Shown: positions 22,461 through 33,456 of the stretch, piece after piece
Position numbering within the stretch: position 1 is the stretch's first letter
How the letters are laid out: each line of letters starts with the position of its first letter
Origin: an uncultured delta proteobacterium
GTDB taxonomy: Bacteria; Myxococcota; Myxococcia; Myxococcales; Anaeromyxobacteraceae
NCBI GenBank assembly: GCA_963766715.1
Contig: CAVYBH010000008.1
Coordinates: forward strand, 64,001 to 128,000
Direction: 5' to 3'
Length of the DNA stretch: 64,000 bases
Program-made: the position numbers and the translations under genes
Notes under the pieces: generated by a model
Databases searched by the model: none
Told to the model about the DNA's origin: nothing
The model's input: only the letters and a program-made list of their open reading frames with translations

Positions 22461-22824
22461 GAATGCCCGTCGTTCAAGGCGGCTGTACCCGGCCGATAAC
22501 GGCGGTCGCCTGAGCCGCCTCACATGATAGGGTACTTCGTTCGCGGGGTCGTCACCATTATTCCCGGCCGAAAACACCCTAAAGTATCGCAGTCACAGTA
22601 GGAATTTTCACTACACGGCAGGCAAATTCGGAGAAAGCTCCGTAAGCCAGGGATTCTTGAGGGTAATCTCGGGGCGACCCCAACCAGACGCGTCGCAAAA
22701 AGGACCAGGTAAAGCGTCTTTTTTCAGACGAACCCTTCCTTTTCCTCGCGAAGGGCCGAGGGAAGCGGATTGGCCCATTTAGGGGCCTACTTTTTCGGCG
22801 GAGGACGGCCGGGGCTCGACTCGG

Positions 22825-24327
22825 TCACGGGCTGCGCGGCGTCACGCGGCGGTCGCCGAGGTACCAGAGCGCGACCACGCCCCAGAACAGCGGCACGACG
22901 GCGGCTGCGGCCAGCGAAGGGGAGGATGCTGCGGCTCGGCGTGGACGACAGAGCTTTGGCGGCCGCGAAGCCGGCGAGGATGCCACGCCGCGAGAGGCCG
23001 TGAAGCGAGGCGTCGAAGCGGGTGGCTCGCAGCCCGTGGGCCGAGACGCCGATCATCGAGACCGTGTACTTCGCCAGGTCGGAGCAGCGACGAGCCCGAT
23101 GAGCGCGCCGCGGAATCCGCCCAGGTGGAAGCCCAGCGTCACGAACGCCACGAGGGTCGCGACCTTGACCGCGCTGATGGCCGCCTTCCAGTGGGTGTGC
23201 CCCATGGCGAGGAGCGCGGCGCCGTTCGTCGACTCCAGGATCTGGAACCAGGCGGCCACCGACAGGAACTGGAGGATCCAGCCCGCCTCCCAGTAGCGGC
23301 TGTCGTAGAGGATGCGGACCAGGGAGGGCCCGCAGGCGATCATCCCGCTCACGATCGCACCACCGCCGAGCAGGAGCGGCAGGCGCACCACCGCGAACGT
23401 CTTCGAGAAGTCGTCCCGCCCCGCGATCCGGCTGTAGGTGGGGAAGAGGACCCGGCTCCCGATCGCCTCCATCGCCTGCGTGGGCATGACTCCCAGCGTG
23501 GCGCCGATGTTGTAGACGCCGAGCGTCTGCGATGGGCAGGAGCTTGCCGAAGAGGAGCCGGTCGGACTGGTCCGACAGGAAGTGCAGGATGGTGCTGAAG
23601 GCGATCCATCGTCCGAAGCGGTACTGGATCCGGAGCCAGTGCCGGTCGAAGACGAAGCGGTGACGGATGTGCTCGACGATAGGTGTGGGTGAGCACCAGC
23701 CTGACGAAGTTCCCGGCCAGGTTTCCGCCCACGACCGCCCAGACCACGCGGGGGTCGTTCGCCGCGTGCGTCGATCGGTAGGCGAGCGCCAGGACGATGA
23801 TGGCGACGATGTTCACCACCTGGCTCACGAGGTCGACGATGACGACCGGCTTCATCTTCATGTGGCGGCACGCTGCGTGTGCATCGAGGTGGCCTCGAAG
23901 CCGTTCATCACGGCGTTCAGCCCGGCCACCGGGAGGAGCTGCGCGAGCAGCGGCTGGCCGTAGAAGGACGCCACGGGCCCGGCGATGGCACAGGAGACGA
24001 GCCAGATCGAGCCGCCGCGCACGATCTGGATCGACCAGCAGGTGTTGAGGAAGCCCGGGTCGTCGCCGTGCTGGCTCTGGATGATGGCGGCCCCGGTCCC
24101 GGTGTCCGAGAACATGAAGAGGCCCAGGATGAAGATGGACACCAGGGCGGCGAGGCCGAAGACCTCCGGGAAGAGGAGCCGCGTGAGGATCAGGTTGCCG
24201 ACGAAGCGCAGCAGCTGGGCGCCGCCGTAGCCGCCGAGCGTCCAGATCGAGGCCCGCATGGCGCCTCATGCCGGCCGCCGGAGGCCGGTGGGCGGTCCCG
24301 TCCCGCTCCGGCCGCCTGGGTGATCAC
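22825..24327 (-). CDS. wzx: Wzx/PST-family polysaccharide flippase (frameshifted)
   Basis: RASIWTLGGYGGAQLLRFVGNLILTRLLFPEVFGL, FSDTGTGAAIIQ, LGVYNIG, LYDSRYWEAGWILQ. Probable GTG start overlaps the upstream GT2 stop (GTGA). Confidence 0.88.
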
Positions 24328-25533
24328 CGAACCCTCTCTCGCGAGGCGTCCGGACCCATTCCTGTTTGGAGCGGCGGCGCGGGCGCAGCAGGAGCCCGAC
24401 CTTCCAGACCAGGTAGAACGGGCGCTCCCAGCAGGCCGAGCAGGCCGGGCCAGCCCGGTGCCGGAGAGCCACCAGCCGCGCAGCGACGTAGAGCGCGAGC
24501 GCCGCCAGGCTGGCTCCCCAGGGCCAGACCGGCCAGAGCAGCGCGTCCGGCCAGACGCGGAAGCCAGGCCAGCCAGGAGCGTGCCCGCCGCGGCGGCGGC
24601 CGCGAGGTAGGCGAGCGGCGGGACGAGGAGGTCGAGCCCGAGATCCACCAGCACCCGGTCTCCAGTACGGAGCCCGCGCCGCAGGACGGGCAGGCCGTAG
24701 CGGCGCGCCATCTGGCAGCGCCCGCCCTCCCACCGGCGTCGCTGGACGTCGGCCGCGGCCCCGCCGACCGGCCATGTCCCCGAGGACCGAGGCCTCGGCC
24801 GCGAAGTGGACGCGATGGCCGGCGAGCCCGAGCCGGATGCCGTACTCCAGGTCCTCGACGATGGAGAAGGCCTGGTGCGGGACCTCCCGCAGCACCGCGG
24901 CCGAGAAGCACATCCCGTTGCCGCGCAGGCCGGCCGAGCAGCCCAGGCGCTCGCGCCCGAGCGAGCGCAGCATGTGGAAGAGCGCCAGCGCGACCGCCAT
25001 GAGCCGCGTGCGCCAGGAGGCGCCGGGGTTGCGCACGCCGTAGAACGCCTGCACGGCGGGCGCCCCGGCCTCCAGCCGCGCCGAGAAGGCGCGCGAGCAG
25101 GTTCGGGCGACACCTCGCTGTCGGCGTCCACGACCACCACGGCGTCGGCGAAGCCCTCGGCCAGGCTCTCCGCGAAGGCGTACTCCAGGGCGTAGCCCTT
25201 CCCGCGCCGCTCGGCGTCCGTCCGGACCAGCACCTCGGCGCCGGCCGCGCGCGCCCGCTCGGCGGTGCGCGTCGGTGCAGTTGTCGGCCACCACCACCAC
25301 GCGTCGAAGCGCTCCGGGTAGTCGAGGGCGAGCAGGCTCGCGACGGTGGCCGGCGATGCCCGCCTCCTCGTCGTGGGCCGGGACCACGACGTCGAAGCGC
25401 AGGCGCGGGAGCGCACGGCGGGCGGCGCGCGCCGGCGCCGGAGAGAAGCGTGAGCACGAGCAGGTAGCCGGACGCCAGCCAGCACCGGCAGCGCAAGGAG
25501 CCCGAGCAACGCCTCGGCGACGTCCGCAATCAA
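24324..25533 (-). CDS. Membrane-bound GT2 glycosyltransferase (frameshifted)
   Basis: VVVPAHDEE, VVADNCTD, GKGYAL, VVDADS, GNGMCF, IVEDLEY and QRRRWEGGR (D,D,D,QxxRW). Confidence 0.9.
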
Positions 25534-25803
25534 GGCAGGGCTCGGGGGCGGAATGGGACGTGCGAGTCGGTTGGTCGGTCCAGGCGTTCAATGCGGGCGT
25601 CGAGCTCGCACGGGAGCGGTCTCCGAGTACCACGGGGCTGCATCGGGTGCATGATACCGAGGTCGAGGGTAGCGGCCGTCGCAACTACGGCGCGGGCGGT
25701 TGTCTTTCGGCCCGGGTCTGTTAATGATTCGCCAGGCTTTCCGCCATTCCCGCCGACGAGCGTCACGTCAGGGACATTGCGACGAGGCGCCGACGAGGGG
25801 CGC

Positions 25804-27260
25804 GTGAGCGCACTGATCCACATCGCGATCGCTTCCTGGTTGGTGCTGGTCTTCGCGCTCTTCTGGCTGCGACCGCCCGCGCAAGCCGCGGTGGCGTCCT
25901 TCGTGGTGGGATGGATGTACCTGCCCATCGCCGGGTACCCGATCACCGGGCTCCACTCCAAGGCGGAGATCGTCGCCACCGGCGTGCTGGTCGCGAGCCT
26001 GATCTTTGCGCCCCGCGCGTGGCTCCGGTTCCGTCCGGCCTCGATCGACCTCCCGATGGCGGTGGCCTCCCTGGCGCCCTTCTTCGCGGCGATCGCCAAC
26101 GACGAGGGCCCCTACAACGGCAGGCTCCGTCCTCTTCTCCGGCCTGCTCCGATGGGGTTCGCCCTACCTCGTCGGCCGCGTGTTCCTCTCCGACCTCACG
26201 GGGCTCCGGACGATCGCCCTCGGGGTCTTCCTGGGTGGACTCAGCTACGTCCCGCTCTGCCTGTACGAGATCCGGATGAGCCCCCAGCTGCACCGGATCC
26301 TCTACGGATTCCACCAGCACGAGTTCGTGCAGACCCTGCGCTGGGGTGGCTTCCGGCCCATGGTGTTCATGAACCACGGCCTCGCCCTCGGGCTGTGGAT
26401 GACCCTGGCCTGCCTCTCCGGATACTGGCTGTGGCGGACCGGAACGAAGAAGCGCCTCTGGGGTGTCCCGATGTCCTCGCTCTCGTGGTCCTGTTCCTGA
26501 CCACGCTGCTCGTGAAGTCCCTGGGGTCCCTCGTCCTCCTCGCCGCGGGGATGGCAGCGCTGACGCTGGCGCGATCGCTGCGGACGTCGTGGCCGGTCCT
26601 CGCGCTGGTCCTCGTCGCGCCTGCCTACATGACCGCGAGGGCGACCGGGTACTGGTCCGGGACAGGAGCTGATGCAGTTCGCCGGACGGCTGGACGCCGA
26701 GCGGGCGCAATCCGTGCAGACCCGCCTCGAGAACGAGGACGAGCTCGTCCGGAAGGCCATGGAGCGGAAGGTATTCGGCTGGGGCGGATTCGGTCGGGCC
26801 GAGATTCGCGACGAGGAGGGGGTCAGTCCACTCCGTCCGCGACGGCATGTGGGTGATCTTGCTGGGTGAGGTCGGGGCTGGTCGGGCTGATCAGCCTGAC
26901 CGCCGCGTTCCTGCTTCCCGTCGTGTACCTGGTCCGTCGCTACGGGACGCGGCTCTGGCGCGACCCGGACCTGGCGACGGCCGTGGTGCTCGCCATGTTC
27001 TTCATCCTCTTCCTCATCGATTCCCTCTTCAACTTCTTCGCCAGCCCGGTTTACTCGGCCAGCGCCGGAGCACTGGCTGGATTCGCGCTGCGCGCACCCC
27101 CTGAAGGTCCGCCGCCGGGTCCGGCGCGCCGCCCGATCCGGCTGGGCGGTGCCCCGGATCAACCCGCAGCCCGTGCTCGGGCCGAAGACCGAGAGCGGCG
27201 GCGGAACGTGAATCCAGCCGGCCCGGCGCCCGTTCCGCTCGCGTCACCTGAATCCGGTGA
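25804..27260 (+). CDS. Wzy-type polysaccharide polymerase / O-antigen-ligase family membrane protein (frameshifted; 3' end approximate)
   Basis: Multiple TM segments. YVPLCLYEIRMSPQLHRILYGFH, RWGGFRPMVFMNHGLALG, RAQSVQTRLENE and FGWGGFGR. Confidence 0.8.
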
Positions 27261-27301
27261 TCCCGCCGGACCGCCCTTCCGCTATTATCCGGCTCGCCCC
27301 C

Positions 27302-27858
27302 ATGTTCGAGACGCTGCGGCGCGACGGCGCGAGGTACTCCCAGCTGGGAGGGTGGGCGTCCAGCCCCGGCTTCTGGGTGGGCGCCATCTACCGCTTTGGG
27401 GTCTGGGCCCACTCCCTGCCCTCGGTCTTCCTCCGCATCCCGGTCATCACGCTGTACCGGATCGTCAAGCTGCCCTGGCGCATCCTGCTGAACGTCTACA
27501 TCCCGCCCTCGGTGCGGATCGGCCCGGGGCTGTGCCTCATCCATCCCAACAACATCCTCATCGCCCCGAACGTGGTCATCGGCGAGGACTGCCTCATCTT
27601 CCACGAGGTGACGCTGGGGACGGGCCCGACTCCCGGGGGTCCCGACGATCGGGAACAGGGTCGACATCTACGTCGGGGCCCGCGTCCTGGGCGGCGTGGT
27701 CATCGGCGACGCCTCGATGATCGGCGCCAACTGCGTGGTCACGCGGAACGTGCCCGCCCGGATCGGTGGTGGTCGCTGCCCCGGCGCGGGTCGTCCCCCG
27801 TTCGCTCGCCCCGGTGGCCCGCGCGGCCGACGAGCGGGCCCGCTCGAACCAGGAGTGA
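27302..27858 (+). CDS. Serine-acetyltransferase-like hexapeptide-repeat (LbH) O-acetyltransferase (frameshifted)
   Basis: IPPSVRIGPGLCLIHP, IGEDCLIFHEVTLG, PTIGNRVDIYVGARVLGGVVIGDASMIGANCVVTRNVP. Confidence 0.88.
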
Positions 27859-27897
27859 ACGCGCCGCGGGTCTCCCGGGACGCTGCGGCTCGACCGC

Positions 27898-29476
27898 TCA
27901 GGACGCCGGGGGCCGGGCGGCGAGCTGCGCCCGGAGGAGCTTGCCCGACTCGTTCCGGGGCAGGGATTCCACCGGGGTGAAGCGGACCGGGACCTTGTAG
28001 GCGGGCAGCGCCTCCCGGCAGAAGCGCCGGAGCTCGCGCCTCGTCGACGGCGCATCCGTCCCGGGGGACGACGAAGGCGGCCGCCACCTCGCCCATCAGG
28101 GCGTCGGGGACCCCCACCACCGCTGCGTCGGCCAGGTCCGGGTGCCGGGCCAGGACGTGCTCGATCTCCACCGGGCTCACCCGGTGTCCGCCGATCTTGA
28201 GGATCTCCTTCGACCGCCCCTGGAGGAAGAAGAATCCGTCGCGATCGCGGTGGGCGAGATCACCGGTCCAGAGCCACCCGTCGTGGAGGATGGCGGCGGT
28301 CTCCTCCGCCTCGTCGAGGTAGCCCGGCGTCACGTTGGCGCCGCGCGCCACCAGGTGTCCCGTCTCCCCGGCCGGAAGCGCCCTGCCCGTCTCGTCGGCC
28401 ACCTGCAGCTCGACGCCGGGGATGGGGACGCCGATGGAGCCGGCCTTCTCCGCGGAGCGGGACGGCGGCAGGTAGGACAGGCGCGCGGTGGCCTCGGTCT
28501 GGCCGTACATCACGAAGAGGTGGGCCGGCTGGAAGGCCTGGCGCACCCAGGCGATGGTGTCCGGGGACATCGCGCCCCCGGCCTGGGTGAGATACCGGAG
28601 GCGAGGGAAGGACAGCGACGCGACGTCGACCTGGCGCCGGATGATCTCGAAGGTGAGCGGGACCCCGGCGAACCCCGTGCAGCCCTCCGACCCGAGGTTC
28701 TCGAGCACCACCCGGGGGAAGGCGAAGCGGGAGTCCAGGAAGACCGAGCCGCCCGCGAGCAGGTGGGTCTGGAGCACGCTCCGGCCGTAGCAGTAGTAGA
28801 GGGGGAGGACGACCAGCGCCCGGTCGTCCGGGCCGAGCCCCAGGTACTCGACGATGGAGCGGGAGTTGGCGTCGACGTTGCGAAAGGTCTGGATCACGCC
28901 GCGGGGGCGCCCGGTGCTCCCCGAGGTGTAGAGGATGAGGGCCGGCGAGGCGGGATCCAGCGACGGGAACCTCGGCGGCGCGGCCGCCGGGAGCGCGGGA
29001 TCGACCCGGCCGTCGTCGAGCACCCAGGACACCTGCGTCCCGGAGAGCTCCGCCCGGAGCGGCTCGGGGAGCGCGGCCGGGTGCACCACCCAGAGCCGAT
29101 CGAGCGGGCTCCGCTCGATCACCCTCCCCCAGATCCGGGCGTCGCGTCCCCAGACCACCGCCGTCCGGACGCCGGTCCTCGCCACGATGTCGCCCAGGAT
29201 CTCCGCGCCCCACTCCCGGTTCACCTCGACGGCGGTGCCACCGAGGGCCTGCACGGCGAGGGCCGCCACGACGGTCGCAGGGACGTTGGGCAGCGCCAGC
29301 AGGACCCGATCGCCCGGCCGCAGGCCGCCGGCGGCCAGATGGGCGGCGAGGGCGCGCACGCGCCCGGCCAGCTCCCCGTAGGAGAGACGCGTCGTGGGCG
29401 TCGCCACCGCCGGCGCCTGCGGGCGCCGCTCGGCGTGCTCGAACAGCCAGTCGTGGAGGAACGGGGAGTTCACCAT
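27898..29476 (-). CDS. AMP-forming acyl-CoA/acyl-carrier ligase (class I adenylate-forming enzyme)
   Basis: ILYTSGSTGRPRG, TQAGG, MYGQTEATARLS, WTGDL, GRSKEILKIGGHRVSP and LPRNESGKLLR. One frameshift near 28035. Confidence 0.92.
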
Positions 29477-29498
29477 GGGTCCGTGCACGCGGGGGAGC

Positions 29499-30341
29499 CT
29501 AGGGCGACGACGGCGCAGGGCCGGAAGGGACGCGGGCGAGGACGCCGACGAGCTCCCGCGCCGCCCGGAGCCGGCCCGCCTGGTTCAGGTGGCCCCCGTC
29601 CTCGCTGTAGGCCTCGGCGAGCACCGGGATGGACCTTCCGCTCCACTCGACGACCGTGCGCGCGCCGTCGGGACCGGTCGACTCGACCGCCGCCAGGTCG
29701 AACAGGGGTTCGCGCCCCTGGTACGCCTGGCGCATGAGGGCGTTGAACTCCTCGCGCCGCGCGTTCTCCGCCACGCCCCCGGGCGCCTTCCCGAGGAGGC
29801 GCTTCACGAGGGCCTTCGGCCCCCCCTGCGTGGTGGTGAGGGGAACCGTCACGTGGACGAACGTGGTGCCCGGATGGCGTCGCGCCAGGTCGGCCACCGT
29901 GGACTGGTAGCGGGCGAACAGCCGGGGCGCGTCGGTGTCGGATCGGAAGTCGACGTAGCAGAACTTCACGAGCGCGACGTCCACGGCCGAGGCCGGCCCG
30001 GAACCGAGGACCCGGGCGAAGCTCTCGAGCTTCTTCTCCGGGTTGCCGTTCTCCTCCACGGGTCCGTGCCCGAAGGAGCCGGCGGGGACGGCGAGCGGGC
30101 CTGCCTCGACCTCGACCCACCGGATCGGCACACCCGCCTGGGCCGAGAGCTGCTTCAGGCCGTCGACCAGGTTCCAGCCCACCGACTGGTGACCGAAGTA
30201 GATCCGGTGGCGCCCCATCGACTCCAGGTCGGCGCGCAGCTTCGGGTCGCCGGCGTCGGCGCGCGCGCCGCCCGCCGCGGTGACCGCGAGTCCGGCCACG
30301 AGCCCGAGCATCGCCCCGCCGATGAGTTCCGTCCCCACCAT
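29499..30341 (-). CDS. Secreted SGNH-hydrolase-like protein
   Basis: Hydrophobic N-terminus ending ARA, with a GGAGG RBS upstream. IYFGHQSVGWN, KFCYVDF and YSEDGGHLNQAG. Paralog of the C-terminal domain at ~13080-13750. Confidence 0.75.
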   Translation of the reverse strand: MVGTELIGGAMLGLVAGLAVTAAGGARADAGDPKLRADLESMGRHRIYFGHQSVGWNLVDGLKQLSAQAGVPIRWVEVEAGPLAVPAGSFGHGPVEENGNPEKKLESFARVLGSGPASAVDVALVKFCYVDFRSDTDAPRLFARYQSTVADLARRHPGTTFVHVTVPLTTTQGGPKALVKRLLGKAPGGVAENARREEFNALMRQAYQGREPLFDLAAVESTGPDGARTVVEWSGRSIPVLAEAYSEDGGHLNQAGRLRAARELVGVLARVPSGPAPSSP

Positions 30342-30384
30342 CCCGAACCCTCCTGTGGTGCCGCGACCCAGCCTACCTATATAA

Positions 30385-31383
30385 ATGGACATTCGTGCCG
30401 GAGCCCCATTGACCCGCCTCGCCGTCGTCATCGTCAACTACCGCACGGCGGACCTGGCTTGCCAGTCCCTCGCCAGCCTGGCGCCCGAGCTGGCGAGCCG
30501 GCCCGGGAGCGTCGTGCGCGTCGTGGACAACGACTCCGGCGACGGCTCCCTGGAGCGGATGGCCCGCTTCGTCGAGGAGCGGGGCTTCGGGGCCTGGGCC
30601 CAGGTCGTTCCGGCCGGCCGGAACGGCGGCTTCTCGGCGGGGAACAACGTGGCCCTGCGCGCGCTCCTCGCCGAGGGGCGGCACGACGCCTTCCTGCTGC
30701 TCAACCCCGACGCCTGGGTGCTTCCGGGGGCCATCGACGCGCTCGTCGCCCGGATGGAGAGCGATCCGGGGATCGGCATCGTCGGAAGCCGGCTGGAGAA
30801 CCCGGACGGCTCGCTCCAGAGGGCCGCGTTCCGGTTCCCGTCGCCGGGCAGCGAGCTGGAGCGGGCCATCTCTCTCGGCCCGATCACGCGCCTGATGGGC
30901 AACTGGGCGATCTCCTTTCCTCCGGCGGACGAGCCGCACCGCTGCGACTGGGTGGCGGGCGCGAGCCTCCTCGTGCGACGGGAGGTCCTCGAGAAGGTGG
31001 GCCTGCTCGACGAGGGGTACTTCCTCTACTTCGAGGAGGTGGATCTCTGCCTGCGCGCCGCCCGCGCCGGCTTCTCCTGCTGGCACGAGCCCCGCAGCCG
31101 GGTGGTCCACCTCGAGGGGCAGGCGACGGGGGTGACCGATCCCCGCAACGCCCGGCGCCGGCTGCCCACCTACTGGTTCGACTCCCGCCGGCGGTTCTTC
31201 CTCAAGAACTTCGGCCGCGCGCGGACCGCGGCGGCGGACGCGTCCTGGCTGGCGGGGTGCGTGGTCGGCGCTCCGGGCCGCGCGCTCCGGAAGGCCGTGC
31301 GGGGAAAGGTCGAGGAGACGCCGAGGCGGATGCTCGTCGACTTCACCCGGCACAGCGTCTTCGTCCGGGGCTTCGGCTGGTGA
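30385..31383 (+). CDS. GT2 family glycosyltransferase (WbbL-like)
   Basis: VVIVNYRT, VVDNDSGDGS, NGGFSAGNN, LLNPDA, DWVAGASLL, YFLYFEEVDLC. Confidence 0.93.
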   Translation: MDIRAGAPLTRLAVVIVNYRTADLACQSLASLAPELASRPGSVVRVVDNDSGDGSLERMARFVEERGFGAWAQVVPAGRNGGFSAGNNVALRALLAEGRHDAFLLLNPDAWVLPGAIDALVARMESDPGIGIVGSRLENPDGSLQRAAFRFPSPGSELERAISLGPITRLMGNWAISFPPADEPHRCDWVAGASLLVRREVLEKVGLLDEGYFLYFEEVDLCLRAARAGFSCWHEPRSRVVHLEGQATGVTDPRNARRRLPTYWFDSRRRFFLKNFGRARTAAADASWLAGCVVGAPGRALRKAVRGKVEETPRRMLVDFTRHSVFVRGFGW

Positions 31384-32390
31384 GCGCATCCGGGCAGAAG
31401 CGCCGGGTGGGCGTCGTGGCCATCGGACGCAACGAGGGAGATCGGCTCCGGCGCTGCCTGGAGTCGGTGGTCCCGCTGGCCGACCGGGTGGTCTACGTCG
31501 ATTCCGCCTCGTCCGACGGAAGCCCCGCGCTCGCCCGATCGCTGGGCGCGACCGTGGTCGACCTGGACATGTCGAAGCCCTTCACCGCCGCGCGCGCGCG
31601 CAACGAGGGGTTCGAGCGGTTGCTCGAGCTCGAGCCCGGCCTCGAGCTCGTCCAGTTCGTGGACGGGGACTGCGAGGTCGTGGCGGGGTGGATGGCCGTC
31701 GCCGTGTCCGCCCTCGACGCGGACCCGGGCGTGGCCGTGGTGTGCGGCCGCCGGCGGGAACGACACCCGGAGAGGAGCATCTACAACCGGCTCTGCGACT
31801 TCGAGTGGGACACGCCCGTGGGCGAGACGCTCTCCTGCGGAGGGGACGCGATGATGCGCGTGCCGCCCTTCGTGGAGGTGGGCGGGTACGACGCCGGCCT
31901 CATCGCCGGGGAGGAGCCCGACCTCTGCCTCCGGCTGCGCCAGCGCGGCCATCGGATCCTCCGGGTCGGGGCGGAGATGACCGTCCACGATGCGGCCATG
32001 ACACGGTTCGGACAGTGGTGGCGCCGGGCGGTGCGCGCCGGGCATGCCTTCGCGGAGGGAGCCGCCCGTCACGGCCGGCCGCCGGAGCGCCACTGGGTGC
32101 GGGAGACCCGAAGCCTGGTGATCTGGGGCGGCCTGTTCCCGCTCGCCGGGCTCCTCCTCGCCCCCGTCACGCGCGGCGCCTCGGTCGTCGCGCTGCTCGC
32201 GCTCTATGCCCTCCAGTTCGGCCGGATCTACGCCTCGGAGCGGCGCCGGGGCCGCGGTCCCGCGGACGCCCGGACGCTCGCGGCCTTCCTCCTCCTCGCC
32301 AAGGTCCCGGAGTTCCAGGGCGCCTCCCAGTACGCGCTCCTGGCCCTGGCCGGCCGGCGCAGCCGCGTGATCGAGTACAAGAGCGGGTGA
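31380..32390 (+). CDS. GT2 family glycosyltransferase
   Basis: VVAIGRNEG, YVDSASSDGS, FTAARARNEG, FVDGDC, CGGDAM, LIAGEEPDLC. GTG start overlaps the previous stop. Confidence 0.92.
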   Translation: MSASGQKRRVGVVAIGRNEGDRLRRCLESVVPLADRVVYVDSASSDGSPALARSLGATVVDLDMSKPFTAARARNEGFERLLELEPGLELVQFVDGDCEVVAGWMAVAVSALDADPGVAVVCGRRRERHPERSIYNRLCDFEWDTPVGETLSCGGDAMMRVPPFVEVGGYDAGLIAGEEPDLCLRLRQRGHRILRVGAEMTVHDAAMTRFGQWWRRAVRAGHAFAEGAARHGRPPERHWVRETRSLVIWGGLFPLAGLLLAPVTRGASVVALLALYALQFGRIYASERRRGRGPADARTLAAFLLLAKVPEFQGASQYALLALAGRRSRVIEYKSG

Positions 32391-32469
32391 CACGCGCGAC
32401 CCGCCCCCTCGTTCGAGGGACTCACCAGGAAGACTCCCCCGTGCTAGCCATTCGATGCACCGAGGCCAC

Positions 32470-33454
32470 ATGCCCCTGACCCATCCCCTCACCATCGACC
32501 CGGAGAAGGTCGCCGAGCAGATCTCCCTGGCCATCCGGGAATCCGTCCTCGGTACGCTGAAGCGGCGTGGCGCCGTCGTCGGGATGTCCGGCGGCATCGA
32601 CAGCTCCGTCGTGGCGGCCCTCTGCGCCCGGTGCCCTCGGGCCGGAGCGGGTCTTCGGGCTCCTCATGCCCGAGCGCGACTCCTCCCCCGACGCGCTGCG
32701 ACTCGGCCGGATGCTCGCGGACCACCTCGGGATCCGCCACGCCGTCGAGGACATCGCTCCGGCGCTCGCCGGGCTCGGTTGCTACGACCGGCAGCTCGAG
32801 GCGATCCGGATGGTGGTCCCGGAGTACGGCGAGGGCTGGAAGTGCAAGCTCTACCATGCCGTCGATCCTCGGACGGCGACCGGCTCAACATCACGTCGCT
32901 CGACGGTGGCCGACCCCGCCGGGGAACCAGCGCTCGGTGCGGATGACGCCGGCCGCCTACCTCCAGATGGTCGCGGCCACCAACTTCAAGCAGCGCACGC
33001 GCAAGATGATGGAGTACTACCACGCCGACCGCCTGAACTACGCCGTCGCCGGCACGCCGAACCTGCTCGAGTACGACCAGGGCTTCTTCGTGAAGCAGGG
33101 CGACGGGGCGGCCGACTTCAAGCCCATCGCGCACCTCTACAAGACCCAGGTGTACGCCCTGGCCGAGTACCTCGGCGTTCCGGAGGAGATCCGCTCCGCG
33201 GCCGCCCACGACCGACACCTTCTCGCTCGCGCAGACCCAGGAGGAGTTCTACTTCGCTCTCCCGTACCGCGAGATGGACCTCTGCCTGTGGGCGCACAAC
33301 CACGGCATGCCGGCAGCCGAGCTGGCCCCGGTCGTCGGGCTCACGGCCGACCAGGTGGAGCGCGTGTACCGCGACATCGAGGCCAAGCGGCGGGTGAGCC
33401 GCTACCTGCACCAGGCGCCCGCTGCTGATGGGCCCCGGCGGTCGCGGAGCCTAG
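32470..33454 (+). CDS. nadE: NH3-dependent NAD+ synthetase-like N-type ATP pyrophosphatase (frameshifted)
   Basis: VVGMSGGIDSSV, NFKQRTRK, GTPN.LEYDQGFFVKQGDG and KPIAHLYKTQVY. Confidence 0.85.
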
Positions 33455-33456
33455 CC

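Noticed and set aside
29394..32390. 998-aa ORF
   Set aside because: Only 31380-32390 is a recognisable GT2. The rest is off-frame or antisense to other genes.
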